Shown here in pieces: positions 19,078-28,650 of a stretch of DNA of 64,000 nucleotides. Source of the DNA: a virus; IMG/VR virus record IMGVR_UViG_3300010354_000046, positions 1 through 64,000 of that record. One strand, 5' to 3'. Both the position numbers and the translations under genes were made by a program. Numbering within the stretch: the first letter of the stretch is position 1; each line of letters opens with the position of its first letter. Under the pieces are notes generated by a model. That model searched no databases, was not told where the DNA came from, and saw only the letters and a program-made list of their open reading frames with translations.

Positions 19078-19755
19078 TTATGCTACGCTGTTGATTGTAT
19101 TTTTTACATCAGCAACTGTGAAGTATGATTTACCTTTACTCTTGCCGAATAACGGATTTTGAGCCCAGATGGCATGTTTGCTTAAACCAGTACGACCAAG
19201 TTCGCCGCCGCCTCGCTGACCTAAAATAGTTTTATCTGGAGCGTTAGCATAGGCAGGTAAGAAGGTCAGCATGTATATTTCTCCGCGCTTCATTCCTGGT
19301 TTTACTCCAGCTTTTTTATAAAATAGATGTACTAAATCTAATTGCTCTACAGCACTCATTTGCAGTATTGCAGGCAATGTTGTGCCAAGCCCACGTGCAG
19401 TTTTATCCGTAAAACCAATCAGGCCGCCAGCGATACGATTTCTCGACTTTGGATTATGATTACTTTCTGTTTTAATAATTGCACGTAGGTCATTAGGATC
19501 AATTCCCAACGAGTTTGCCACTTTAACTAACTTTTTGTTATAGTCTGTTTCACCACCAATATTTGAAACTTTGGGTTTTGTTGGCGCAGGTTTATTACTA
19601 GTAGCAGGTTTATTACTAGTAGCAGGTTTATTACTAGTAGCAGGCGGAGTAGGACTACCTTTATCCCATGTTGTGCCTTTTAGCAGCGAAGGAGGTAAGC
19701 CCTTAACAATGTCGTTTAAGGTTTTTTCAGGGTCTATAAATTCTTTTAATCTCAT
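19078..19755 (-). CDS. Lytic transglycosylase/lysozyme-like protein
   Basis: IIKTES catalytic Glu, GLIGF, MSAVEQLD. Confidence 0.75.
   Translation of the reverse strand: MRLKEFIDPEKTLNDIVKGLPPSLLKGTTWDKGSPTPPATSNKPATSNKPATSNKPAPTKPKVSNIGGETDYNKKLVKVANSLGIDPNDLRAIIKTESNHNPKSRNRIAGGLIGFTDKTARGLGTTLPAILQMSAVEQLDLVHLFYKKAGVKPGMKRGEIYMLTFLPAYANAPDKTILGQRGGGELGRTGLSKHAIWAQNPLFGKSKGKSYFTVADVKNTINSVA
19586..19644. repeat. 3x 18-bp tandem repeat (TSNKPA linker)
   Basis: GCAGGTTTATTACTAGTA x3. Confidence 0.95.
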
Positions 19756-19756
19756 A

Positions 19757-20272
19757 TTATGCTACCGGGTTAACTGGTTTACCTGCAACGTGTTTTTCCC
19801 AGTGTAGGTGCGGGCCTGTACTGTATCCTGAACTACCAGTAAATGCTATGATATCACCTTGCTTTACAGTCTGTCCCGGCTTTACATTAATCCTAGATAA
19901 ATGATAAAATTTGTGTACTACACCATTGGCATTGAGTATTACATAAACTCCTGCACTTCCTCCGTTAGGGCCTGCTGATGATACAATAGCATTCTCAGGT
20001 GCCTTAACAGGAGTGCCAACAGGGGTTGCAAAATCAACACCTAAATGATTATGTGGGCGACCTACATCAGTTCTCCATCCAAAGGGTGAACTAATGCGAG
20101 CATTAACAGGCATAATCATTTTACCAGATGGTGTAAATTTGCCTGGGCGCGACGCTGGTTTATTGTTACTGCGTGTTGGAGCATTAGGATTTTTTAAATT
20201 CTTATCCCAGGATGTGCCTTTCAGCAGTCGATCTAGCATGTCAGAACTAACAAATTCTAGTAATCTCATCAC
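19757..20272 (-). CDS. M23 family peptidase
   Basis: SSPFGWR, HLGVDF, YHL, GSSGYSTGPHLHWE. Confidence 0.92.
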   Translation of the reverse strand: MMRLLEFVSSDMLDRLLKGTSWDKNLKNPNAPTRSNNKPASRPGKFTPSGKMIMPVNARISSPFGWRTDVGRPHNHLGVDFATPVGTPVKAPENAIVSSAGPNGGSAGVYVILNANGVVHKFYHLSRINVKPGQTVKQGDIIAFTGSSGYSTGPHLHWEKHVAGKPVNPVA

Positions 20273-20526
20273 TGACCCTTGCGTGTTCCGTAATCAGGAA
20301 GTGGGCCACCGTACTTCCTACCTTTGATACGTTTGCCGCCTACTGTAACTCTTACTTTTCTGTTTCCAGAAGTAATTAGATGGCTCTTTTCGCCATCGCG
20401 GGCACGTAGCCCTTGACTCTTACAAGATGCCAGCTGACTAGCACCTAACTCTTTATCAGGTTTACTACTAGTACATAAAGCTCTGCTGGCTTTGCCTTCT
20501 TCTGATATGATTTCATGGATCTTCAT
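20269..20526 (-). CDS. Basic hypothetical protein (MKIHEII N-terminus)
   Basis: 85 aa, TAAATA at 20533. Confidence 0.7.
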   Translation of the reverse strand: MKIHEIISEEGKASRALCTSSKPDKELGASQLASCKSQGLRARDGEKSHLITSGNRKVRVTVGGKRIKGRKYGGPLPDYGTRKGQ

Positions 20527-21335
20527 AATTTATATTTATCAAGCCATTCTTCCAAACCAATCCAAGTTTGCGGACCTAGTACAGATTCTAGCTTAGAAAT
20601 GTCTGCACAGGTATATTTTTGATAGCTAGATTTGAGTATTTCGGGCATTGGAACGTATTCTATTGCAGTATTATTACGGCTGCTTATCAGTTCGGCAACT
20701 TGTTTAAAACTAGTTGTTCGACCCGTGCCAACATTATAAACACCGGACTCTTTTACTTGCTTGATAAACTCTACATGCACTCTACAAACATCTTCTACTG
20801 CAATAAAATCACGCAGATAGCTTTCGCTGTTTTCAAATAGTTTAATAGGATTCTGATTGCTAAACTGTGTAATAGGACTTGCTTGTCCTGCCTTATGATT
20901 TTCGTGATTTCCGTAGACGTTAAAATATCTGAAGCAATGTGTAGTTGCACCACCAGTATGTTCTACAATATACCTTTCAGCTAGGTACTTACTCCATGCA
21001 TACGGATTCCTTGGGTCTACCTGTGATGTTTCTGTAAACTCTGTACCTGATCCGTATAGGCTGGCAGAGCTAGCAAATTGAAAATTAACTCCAAATGTTT
21101 TGCATTCATCAAACAGTCTAACGGTAAAATCATAGTTTTGTCTTAGGATACTATCAACGTTTCTTTCAGTAGTAGAACTATTTGCTCCTAGGTGTATAAC
21201 CCAATTATAATCTATAACTCCAGGATGTTCGTCACCTGGTTCATATGTATCAACTTCCCAGTCTGTATTTTGTTTTATGTAATTAACTAGGTTCTTGCCT
21301 ATAAAGCCTTTATGGCCTGTTATCATTATTTTCAT
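20523..21335 (-). CDS. hldD: ADP-L-glycero-D-manno-heptose 6-epimerase-like
   Basis: TGHKGFIG, HLGANSSTTE, ASSAS.YG, YAWSK, FRYFNVYG..E.HK..QAS. Confidence 0.9.
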   Translation of the reverse strand: MKIMITGHKGFIGKNLVNYIKQNTDWEVDTYEPGDEHPGVIDYNWVIHLGANSSTTERNVDSILRQNYDFTVRLFDECKTFGVNFQFASSASLYGSGTEFTETSQVDPRNPYAWSKYLAERYIVEHTGGATTHCFRYFNVYGNHENHKAGQASPITQFSNQNPIKLFENSESYLRDFIAVEDVCRVHVEFIKQVKESGVYNVGTGRTTSFKQVAELISSRNNTAIEYVPMPEILKSSYQKYTCADISKLESVLGPQTWIGLEEWLDKYKL

Positions 21336-22087
21336 AGTATTTCACTCAATGTAGGTGCATAGCAGCCAAAGTGTTGTACAGTTACAGAAGATGCTTCGAT
21401 AGCAAAAAATAACGCAGCATTTATACTGCCAGTGTCTAACCATTTGTAGGCGAGTGCGGCCAAGAATGTATCCCCAGCTCCAGTAACATCTACTACTTCT
21501 ACTTTTGGTGCTGGCATGTTTACTTCGTGATGAGGAATGACTGCTCCTTTATCTCCCAAAGTTACAATTAAACCTGTACAACTTGATTTTATTTTACTAA
21601 ACTCTAATTCGTTAATCTTAACCCACGCACCTTGCATACGTGCTAAGTCTGTTTTCTTTGTATCTATAAACACAGGGAGTCTAGATTGAATTAACTTTTC
21701 AATTAGTTCGTAGCTGACAACTCCCTTGTTGTAATCGCTGATAACAATAGCATCATATCCTGTTGGGTCCACATTAACTATAGGGATAGATTTTTGATCC
21801 TGATCCATACGTAGTATTTGCTGACGACTACGGCTATCGATAAGTCTAGTTTTACGACTAACACTACCGCATACTAGGTTTACTTCGCAGCCCAAGGCTT
21901 TTAAGTTGGCATAAACATTGCCAGCCATACCTTCTCGTTCTTCCTTGTGTGTGGGAACAAATATAGGTACAGGGGCTTCAGGACTTAATCTATCAACTGT
22001 TCCGTATTGATAAATGTCAACGCAATTATCCCCTATTAATAATATCTTGAATTGTTTTTGTTGTTGAGTAGTCACCAACTCTGTCAT
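21332..22087 (-). CDS. Heptose-7-phosphate kinase (HldE/RfaE domain I, PfkB family)
   Basis: RLSPEAPVP, ISDYNKG, DVTGAGDTF. Confidence 0.9.
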   Translation of the reverse strand: MTELVTTQQQKQFKILLIGDNCVDIYQYGTVDRLSPEAPVPIFVPTHKEEREGMAGNVYANLKALGCEVNLVCGSVSRKTRLIDSRSRQQILRMDQDQKSIPIVNVDPTGYDAIVISDYNKGVVSYELIEKLIQSRLPVFIDTKKTDLARMQGAWVKINELEFSKIKSSCTGLIVTLGDKGAVIPHHEVNMPAPKVEVVDVTGAGDTFLAALAYKWLDTGSINAALFFAIEASSVTVQHFGCYAPTLSEIL

Positions 22088-22430
22088 AATAAATCACTTT
22101 CTTGCAATATTGTTCTGCCGTAGAGCCCTTGTCATGTTTCCAGTCGCTGCCTTTGACATAAACATCTGGTTTAAAATCTTCCATTATTTGGATAAGTTCT
22201 TCAGTAGTATCAAATAACATGACAATATCAACGTCTCGTAAGCTGTGTAGCATTAGCTTTCTGTCAGCTTCATTATTAATAGGACGCTGTGAGCCTTTTA
22301 GTTCTTTGACTCTGCGATCTGTGTCAATTGCAACTAATAGCTGATCCCCTTGCTGCCGAGCATAACGTAAAAGATCTAGGTGTCCTCGATGGAGTATATC
22401 AAATGTTCCGTTGACCATTACACGTTTCAT
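22026..22430 (-). CDS. Heptose-1-phosphate adenylyltransferase (HldE/RfaE domain II)
   Basis: NGTFDILHRGH, LKG..RPIN, YVKGSD, YSTT. Confidence 0.9.
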   Translation of the reverse strand: MKRVMVNGTFDILHRGHLDLLRYARQQGDQLLVAIDTDRRVKELKGSQRPINNEADRKLMLHSLRDVDIVMLFDTTEELIQIMEDFKPDVYVKGSDWKHDKGSTAEQYCKKVIYYDRVGDYSTTKTIQDIINRG

Positions 22431-22786
22431 TTTTGGCTATCTCCTGGTGCAACACGATAATTATCTTCTACACTATCTGGTGTACTAACTTCGACAATTA
22501 CTCCTTCTTCTAAACATTCTAACTGATGAGGCAGCAAAGGAGGATTATGCCAAGTATCGCCTTCGTTTAATTCTTTAGTGTGACGACTAGCATCCTTTGT
22601 ATCAATGTAATGCACGAGAAACTTCCCATGCAGTATACACCATGTTTCATCTTTTTCGCTGTGGAAGTGCATGCTAAATTTAGCATTGGACTTAAAATAC
22701 ATCATCTTGCCGCAATACTTGTCATTAGTTGCAAAGATGTATTCTCCTCCCCAACCTTTTTCGACTATACCTTCTAATCTTGTCAT
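22427..22786 (-). CDS. Cupin-fold sugar isomerase-like protein
   Basis: KGWGGE, SMHFH..KDETW, EVST. Confidence 0.8.
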   Translation of the reverse strand: MTRLEGIVEKGWGGEYIFATNDKYCGKMMYFKSNAKFSMHFHSEKDETWCILHGKFLVHYIDTKDASRHTKELNEGDTWHNPPLLPHQLECLEEGVIVEVSTPDSVEDNYRVAPGDSQK

Positions 22787-23601
22787 TGATTTAACCATTC
22801 AAATACATTTAACCATTGTCGTTTACCAATAGTTTCTTTTAGCTTAGTTAGATCGGCACAAGTACGATTACGCATACGTTCCTTTTCTTCTTCGGGAACT
22901 GGAATAGTTTCTATCTCTACTCCTTCTTGTTCAGCAATTTCTTCTGCTATATCTAAAAAACTATGTGGCAATCCAGAACCCACATTCCAAATACCACTAC
23001 CGTTTACTGTCTTGATAAAATCTATATGTAGTCTGCAAACATCTCCTACCCATGTCCAATCTCGATAAACATGGTCGGCTGTTTCCCAGACTGTTATCTT
23101 ACCTTCCTTACGAGCCTGTTGCCTCCATTTATGTATAGCATTGGCTCTATGTCCACGCAAGTGCATCCACTTACCATAAACATTAAAATATCTAAAACCT
23201 TGTACATAGATATTTAAAGGTTGATCAAAAACCCAGCGATCAAATAGATACTTACTCCAAGCGTAAGGCGTTTGAGGCTTACAAGGAGCGTACTCACTAA
23301 AATCTTTAGTATTTCCATATACACTACTGCTACTTGCATACTGCAAGTTAACACCTTCCTTATTACAAACTTCGAATAATCTTTGACTGAAATCTAAGTT
23401 TTGAGTTAAAACTTTTTCCACATCGTTATCTGTCATATCAGCAACTGCACCTAAATGAATTACCCAATCGTATCCACGCACATCGGGAAAGTCTTCTGGG
23501 TCCCATTCCCAACCGTCAACTTCCCAATTTTCTTCTTGGTGCAACCAAGTTGTCATATTTCGGCCGATAAAGCCTTCGTGTCCAGTTACTAAAATTCTCA
23601 T
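22783..23601 (-). CDS. Second HldD-like NAD-dependent epimerase
   Basis: TGHEGFIG, ASSSSVYG, YAWSK, FRYFNVYG. Confidence 0.85.
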   Translation of the reverse strand: MRILVTGHEGFIGRNMTTWLHQEENWEVDGWEWDPEDFPDVRGYDWVIHLGAVADMTDNDVEKVLTQNLDFSQRLFEVCNKEGVNLQYASSSSVYGNTKDFSEYAPCKPQTPYAWSKYLFDRWVFDQPLNIYVQGFRYFNVYGKWMHLRGHRANAIHKWRQQARKEGKITVWETADHVYRDWTWVGDVCRLHIDFIKTVNGSGIWNVGSGLPHSFLDIAEEIAEQEGVEIETIPVPEEEKERMRNRTCADLTKLKETIGKRQWLNVFEWLNQ

Positions 23602-23619
23602 GATTTTTCTCGATAGTCT

Positions 23620-23682
23620 AGTGTAACTAAATTGCCACAAATAGTCAAAAGATTTGACATCTTATCCAAAATGTAATATAAT
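23620..23682. promoter_or_regulatory. Divergent sigma70-like promoter pair
   Basis: Minus TTGACT-17-TACACT; plus TTGACA-17-TATAAT (23654-23682). Confidence 0.7.
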
Positions 23683-23714
23683 TAGGTATCGTTAACTCAC
23701 GAAGGCTTACCCAA

Positions 23715-24035
23715 ATGCAGGCTTACAAAGAAATTACAAAATGGAAAGATAATATACCTAACCATACTTATCTTCTTGATGGTAGCAAGATGGTTGCTTA
23801 TATACAAGCTGGTACCAAAACTCCGTATTACTTTAAGTCTCCAATCACAATTGATAAGCGCGGACGCAAGTTCGAAGAGTTAAAAAAGAATCCTTTTAAA
23901 TTGGAAATTAAAACAGAGCTAATTGAAGTTGCAGGCAGTAAAGGCAACAAGTATTTTGTTGACCCGGAAGCCAAAACTTGTACCTGCCCTGGATTTACTT
24001 TCCGCGGTAATTGCAAACATTTGGAGAATGTATGA
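23715..24035 (+). CDS. SWIM zinc-finger protein
   Basis: GSKGNKY...[14 protein letters not shown]. Confidence 0.8.
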   Translation: MQAYKEITKWKDNIPNHTYLLDGSKMVAYIQAGTKTPYYFKSPITIDKRGRKFEELKKNPFKLEIKTELIEVAGSKGNKYFVDPEAKTCTCPGFTFRGNCKHLENV

Positions 24036-24754
24036 ACAAACTAATTACAGGACTTGCCTTTGTTTTTGGAAGTTCTTTTGCTTTGGCAAACGATATTCCG
24101 GAAAATAAACTCTCTTATTCTGTTCATAAAGCCAACTGGTGGTCTGGTAAGCCGGCACCAACTGTACTCCTGGCTCATACTTGTAGCGGAATACATCAAG
24201 GCCAAACTGATAAAATGATTGGTTATCTTCGATCCATTGGTTATAACTCTGTTGTAGTTGATAGTTTTGGGCCTCGGGGATATCAATCAATTTGTCAAAA
24301 TGGAAATTTGATCAATCCTGCTCAACGAATGAAAGAAATGGTTGATATTGCAAAGATTGTTGGACAAGCATCTTGGCATAGCGGATCTATTAACTTCCTA
24401 GGATGGAGCCACGGCGGGACAACAGCAATCTATCTCGCGGCACAGGATAAACATCCGTTTGATTCCCTGATCTCAATTTATCCGTTTTGCGGACCAATGT
24501 TGTTGTCTGTCACAGAAGTTAAACATAAAGTACTTGCCATAAACAGTCAAGGTGACAATTGGTACGGTGGTGCTAAGGATTGTGAATATATCAAAGGGTT
24601 GACTAATAAATATATTTCAAAAACTGCTACCCACGCATGGGATATTCCGTTGCCTAATCGATATTTCATGGGTCATTTCTTAGCTTATGATCGAGAGGCA
24701 GATAACGCCACAATGGAAACAATCAAGCAACACCTTTTAGATAATTCAAAATAA
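24032..24754 (+). CDS. Secreted dienelactone-hydrolase-like alpha/beta hydrolase
   Basis: Signal peptide, HTCSG, DSFGPRG, GWSHGG nucleophile elbow, ATHAWD. Confidence 0.8.
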   Translation: MNKLITGLAFVFGSSFALANDIPENKLSYSVHKANWWSGKPAPTVLLAHTCSGIHQGQTDKMIGYLRSIGYNSVVVDSFGPRGYQSICQNGNLINPAQRMKEMVDIAKIVGQASWHSGSINFLGWSHGGTTAIYLAAQDKHPFDSLISIYPFCGPMLLSVTEVKHKVLAINSQGDNWYGGAKDCEYIKGLTNKYISKTATHAWDIPLPNRYFMGHFLAYDREADNATMETIKQHLLDNSK

Positions 24755-24756
24755 TT

Positions 24757-25476
24757 ATGTCCTTAGTATTTTTTAAAGCGGCAGACCCGCAGACACCGTT
24801 CGCACCAAATTTCAGCATTCCAGTTTATGTTGCTAATAATATAGACAGGCGACTAATAGGTTTTGCAATGCAGTATATTCGAGAAGTTGAGCGTGATATT
24901 ATCAAAAAAGAATCTCTTTTATCAGAAGTACCTAAAAGTTTTTTAGATCCTTTAGAATATACACAGCAATGGAAACAACATAATTTAATAGATGACACAC
25001 CACTGGCCTCTGATCCAGCTGACTTCAAACGGTTTCCAAAAAATCAAACTACCGAAAGACTATTTGAATCTATTAGACTTCATTACTTGCAATATCTAGA
25101 ATTACTAGGTTATCAGCGTAGGAAGGTTTATATTCATTCTTGGGCGAACGTTTTGCACAAAGGAGACTTTATCTCTCCGCATACACATGGACAGGATGCT
25201 CACGCCTATCTTGCCGGTACTATCTATGTAACAGATTCAAACGCAAATTTCATTTTAGAAAAAGAAAGCAATCAATTAAAAATTGAAACCAAAACAGGTA
25301 GAATTGCGTTTTGGCCAAGTTGCCTGTCTCACCACACAGAAGCACATGAAAAAGACCATGTACGGATCACTATATCGTTTGATATAGTAGTTCCAGAAAC
25401 TAAAGAATTACAACCGCATCGGCCTTATAGGCTATTAGATGACCCCGACACAATGCCAGGATTATACGACCAATGA
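24757..25476 (+). CDS. Putative 2OG-Fe(II) oxygenase
   Basis: WANV, HTH, WPSCLSH, RITISFD. Confidence 0.75.
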   Translation: MSLVFFKAADPQTPFAPNFSIPVYVANNIDRRLIGFAMQYIREVERDIIKKESLLSEVPKSFLDPLEYTQQWKQHNLIDDTPLASDPADFKRFPKNQTTERLFESIRLHYLQYLELLGYQRRKVYIHSWANVLHKGDFISPHTHGQDAHAYLAGTIYVTDSNANFILEKESNQLKIETKTGRIAFWPSCLSHHTEAHEKDHVRITISFDIVVPETKELQPHRPYRLLDDPDTMPGLYDQ

Positions 25477-25973
25477 ACATATATTTAGACATGGATGATG
25501 TAGTAGCCGACTGGATGGGCTATGCAAGAGCATATCTCAAAGAACCAACTTGGCAGGAAGGAGAGATGCTGCCTGAACATAAATGGCGCAGTCTCAAAGA
25601 CGATCAACGTATGTACAGCAAACTTTCTTTGAAAGAAGGCGCAGTAGATTTAGTCAATTGGTGTAAAGAATACGTAAAGAAAAATCCTAATGTTGGACTA
25701 TTCTTTTTAACGGCAGTTCCTCATAACAATGACATGCCATGGAGCTTTCATGATAAAGTCGAATGGGCGCAAAAACATTTTCCTGGTATTCCAGTATTCT
25801 TTGGCCCGTATAGTCACGATAAATGGGTAAGATGCGAAAGTCCAGACGACATACTCATTGATGACAGACGCAGTAATAACGACGAATGGCGAAGACAGGG
25901 TGGTCGGGCTTTCTTGTACAAGAACTGGCCAGAGTGTAAACTATGGCTGGAAGCACACCTTGGATCTCTATGA
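25473..25973 (+). CDS. HAD-family 5'(3')-deoxyribonucleotidase
   Basis: YLDMDDVVAD, ILIDDR. Confidence 0.85.
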   Translation: MNIYLDMDDVVADWMGYARAYLKEPTWQEGEMLPEHKWRSLKDDQRMYSKLSLKEGAVDLVNWCKEYVKKNPNVGLFFLTAVPHNNDMPWSFHDKVEWAQKHFPGIPVFFGPYSHDKWVRCESPDDILIDDRRSNNDEWRRQGGRAFLYKNWPECKLWLEAHLGSL

Positions 25974-26233
25974 AAATTAAAAAACTAGACAAGCGTCACA
26001 CAGGGCATGGAACATATAAGTTCCTTGTAGAGTTTAATAGTAATCAGTTTGAAAAGTTTTTTGAAGCACGTAATTGGTGTTGGGAAACTTGGGGGCCTGG
26101 ATGTGAAGTGGAACATGTACACAAGGTAAATCAAGCTATACCTTGGTCGTGGCAATATAATGAATGGAATACAAGAATCTATTTGGCTACAGATAAAGAA
26201 GCCAATTGGTGGAAACTAAGATGGGGAGTTTAA
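25970..26233 (+). CDS. Hypothetical protein, F/W-x-L-K/R-W family
   Basis: WCWETWG ... ANWWKLRWG. Confidence 0.7.
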   Translation: MKIKKLDKRHTGHGTYKFLVEFNSNQFEKFFEARNWCWETWGPGCEVEHVHKVNQAIPWSWQYNEWNTRIYLATDKEANWWKLRWGV

Positions 26234-26620
26234 ATGATTAAAGGCATTACAGGCGGAAAATACGTTATGGTGCAGGGAGGATCGTCTAGTGATCCTTATA
26301 TCTCGCCAGGCTCAGCAGGTGCAGGTATGATGCGCTGGAATCCAAATATGAACTGCATGGAAGTCAACGACGGTAATATGTGGAAACAACTGGGCATGGC
26401 TTATGCAACCGTTACTCTAGACGCAGAAGCAGAAAGCATTTTGAATTGGGCAAAACAAGAACGTGATCGACAACGCCTTAGAGAAAAACGTATTCAAGAG
26501 AATCCTGCACTAAAGAAGGCCTATGAAGCTATACTACGTGCAGAAGAAAATTATGACCTGCTGGATAAAATTATAGGCGATGATCACAATGCTGGACCGC
26601 AGGTACAATCCTCTCCATGA
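26234..26620 (+). CDS. Hypothetical protein
   Basis: 128 aa, ENPALKKAYE motif. Confidence 0.7.
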   Translation: MIKGITGGKYVMVQGGSSSDPYISPGSAGAGMMRWNPNMNCMEVNDGNMWKQLGMAYATVTLDAEAESILNWAKQERDRQRLREKRIQENPALKKAYEAILRAEENYDLLDKIIGDDHNAGPQVQSSP

Positions 26621-26888
26621 AATAGACAACTCTCCAGACATACGCGAGTACATGGAGAAGTTCTATTGCATCGCTGTATTGAAAGACAATTACAGTCAAG
26701 GACCTAAGCTCATCGATATAAACAGTTGGTGCTACAAGTATTTAGGAGCTAAATTTAAAGATTGGTTTTTAATTACTGGCGGTTCTAAAGGTGTTAAACT
26801 TTTAATTAAAAATCCCAAGCGGGCTACACTTTTCTTTTTACAATATGGAGATGCGATAGATGTTATTCATAAACTTAAAGCTGACTAA
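26580..26888 (+). CDS. Hypothetical protein, F-x-L family variant
   Basis: WCYKYLG ... ATLFFLQYG. Confidence 0.6.
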   Translation: MITMLDRRYNPLHEIDNSPDIREYMEKFYCIAVLKDNYSQGPKLIDINSWCYKYLGAKFKDWFLITGGSKGVKLLIKNPKRATLFFLQYGDAIDVIHKLKAD

Positions 26889-27153
26889 TCCATTCAGCGA
26901 TAGATTTAAAAATATAAAGTGTTGGTCGGGCGCAACACCTTTTAAAAACAAGTTTTGGGAATTCCAGATATTGGCTACCAACGACTTGATTTGTTTTGAG
27001 TTTTCGTATACAATTAGACAAGACCACGCAGGTCTCCAAATAGAGTTTGGCCTTTTAGGCTACAACATTGATTTTAACCTTTACGATAATAGACATTGGG
27101 ACTATATTGGTAAAAAGTGGGAAGTCTATCATGACGAAAAAGATTTACTATGA
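26860..27153 (+). CDS. Hypothetical protein
   Basis: 97 aa aromatic-rich ORF. Confidence 0.65.
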   Translation: MLFINLKLTNPFSDRFKNIKCWSGATPFKNKFWEFQILATNDLICFEFSYTIRQDHAGLQIEFGLLGYNIDFNLYDNRHWDYIGKKWEVYHDEKDLL

Positions 27154-27598
27154 AAAAATCGGAAGAAAGTATGTGCCCGTTTCGGAATATGACAGCGACT
27201 ATTTGGACAGCTTTCCAAAGGGTAATCATTTGGTTATGGTTTATCCCGGAGGTAGTAGTCGTAGGTTTAATATTGATCCTGCTTATGCTCCTATGATTGC
27301 CGCAGGGCGTGTAGCAGAAGACACGATTAGCCGCGCCTTGATGAAAGCCAGTGATTTGCGTCCAAAACGTGCTCCTATCACAGAAGGACAACGTAAGGCT
27401 TGGGACAATCTAGTAAAAGAAATGGGCGAGGAAGCTCGTTGCCTAGAATGGCCTAGTGCTAGAGAGGCATGCGAAGAAGCAGTTAAAGCCATGCAACTAG
27501 AAGCAGATAAACTACTAGAAAATCCTAGTGTTCGTAAAGCCTACGAACGATTCTTACTTGTAGCAGAACTCACAAAGGATCATAATGGAACACGTTAA
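27131..27598 (+). CDS. Hypothetical protein
   Basis: MTKKIYYEK..., ENPSVRKAYE motif. Confidence 0.7.
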   Translation: MTKKIYYEKIGRKYVPVSEYDSDYLDSFPKGNHLVMVYPGGSSRRFNIDPAYAPMIAAGRVAEDTISRALMKASDLRPKRAPITEGQRKAWDNLVKEMGEEARCLEWPSAREACEEAVKAMQLEADKLLENPSVRKAYERFLLVAELTKDHNGTR

Positions 27599-27812
27599 AG
27601 TTGGCATGTTCAACTTGCCTGGACTTAGATTTGAAAAAGGACAGATCCCTGCGGAACTCTACGAGGAAATGTCTGTATGGGCCAAAGAGAATCATTGCGG
27701 ATACGCAATGAATGAATGGTTGTGGAGTTTTAAAACAGAAGCACAACGAGATTGGTTCATACTTCGTTGGATGGACACTATTCCTAAGCCGGCAAAGGAC
27801 GAAGATGCATGA
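27585..27812 (+). CDS. Hypothetical protein, F-x-L-R-W family
   Basis: RDWFILRW. Confidence 0.7.
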   Translation: MEHVKVGMFNLPGLRFEKGQIPAELYEEMSVWAKENHCGYAMNEWLWSFKTEAQRDWFILRWMDTIPKPAKDEDA

Positions 27813-28197
27813 TTGGCAAAAACAATTTGTTGCTACGATAGCTGGTATGGATCCAAAAGAATTAAAGATTACTAGGTCTGGTAGAAATTTAGGCAAGAGT
27901 ATGCTCAGCCAACAGGCTATCGATCGTTTAATTAGAGATCTCAATAGACAGCCGATTGAAGACCTAGTACTAAGCGAAGGTCGAGTATATGGTGCTAGGT
28001 ACTACTGTGTCGAGCCCGTAGGAGGTAGTTGGCTGGATATAGAAACTTGGTGTGTGAATACGTTTGGTTCTTGCGGTGACAGCATGTGGGGCGACGAAAA
28101 GGCTCCTGAGCCAGCACAACGTTGGTACATGAATAATCGTAAGTTTTGGTTCCGCGATGTCAAAGATCGGGATTGGTTTATTTTAAAGTGGAGATAA
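27805..28197 (+). CDS. Hypothetical protein, F-x-L-K-W family
   Basis: WCVNTFG ... FRDVKDRDWFILKWR. Confidence 0.7.
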   Translation: MHDWQKQFVATIAGMDPKELKITRSGRNLGKSMLSQQAIDRLIRDLNRQPIEDLVLSEGRVYGARYYCVEPVGGSWLDIETWCVNTFGSCGDSMWGDEKAPEPAQRWYMNNRKFWFRDVKDRDWFILKWR

Positions 28198-28198
28198 C

Positions 28199-28423
28199 AT
28201 GATTACAGGTATGCGTTGGTTTGCCGGAAACCATTGTGTTGGCATTGTTCAAATTGTACAAGAACATCAAGTAGAAGAATATCGTCAAACTGGTATGGCG
28301 GATTTTAAGTATTACATTGGTGTTGGGCAAGGACAAAATGAAAAGGCAGATGCAGAGCACATAGCTGACTGGGGCATTCCTTTCGATGTGGCCGCTGGTA
28401 ATACATTGTTTAGAATATTGTAA
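28199..28423 (+). CDS. Hypothetical protein
   Basis: 74 aa, GGAG RBS. Confidence 0.65.
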   Translation: MITGMRWFAGNHCVGIVQIVQEHQVEEYRQTGMADFKYYIGVGQGQNEKADAEHIADWGIPFDVAAGNTLFRIL

Positions 28424-28650
28424 TGGAATACTCAATTATAACTGACGGTGCAGACTGTTATCCGTGGACAGAGTGTTATGCATGGCTACCAGTTAAAACT
28501 ATTAGCGGCAAATATGTTTGGAGGACTAAGCTGTTCAAACGTAAAGTTTGGGTAGTTTGGGGTCGGGCAAACTTTCACATGGAGCCGGAAGTGCAGTACG
28601 CTACAGCATTTGATTTAATAACATATGAAAAAGAAGCGCCTATTAACTGA
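28423..28650 (+). CDS. Hypothetical protein
   Basis: 75 aa, YAWLPVKTISGKYVW. Confidence 0.65.
   Translation: MEYSIITDGADCYPWTECYAWLPVKTISGKYVWRTKLFKRKVWVVWGRANFHMEPEVQYATAFDLITYEKEAPIN

Noticed and set aside
19586-19644. 18-bp tandem repeat as a regulatory array
   Set aside because: It is an in-frame TSNKPA linker expansion inside a CDS.
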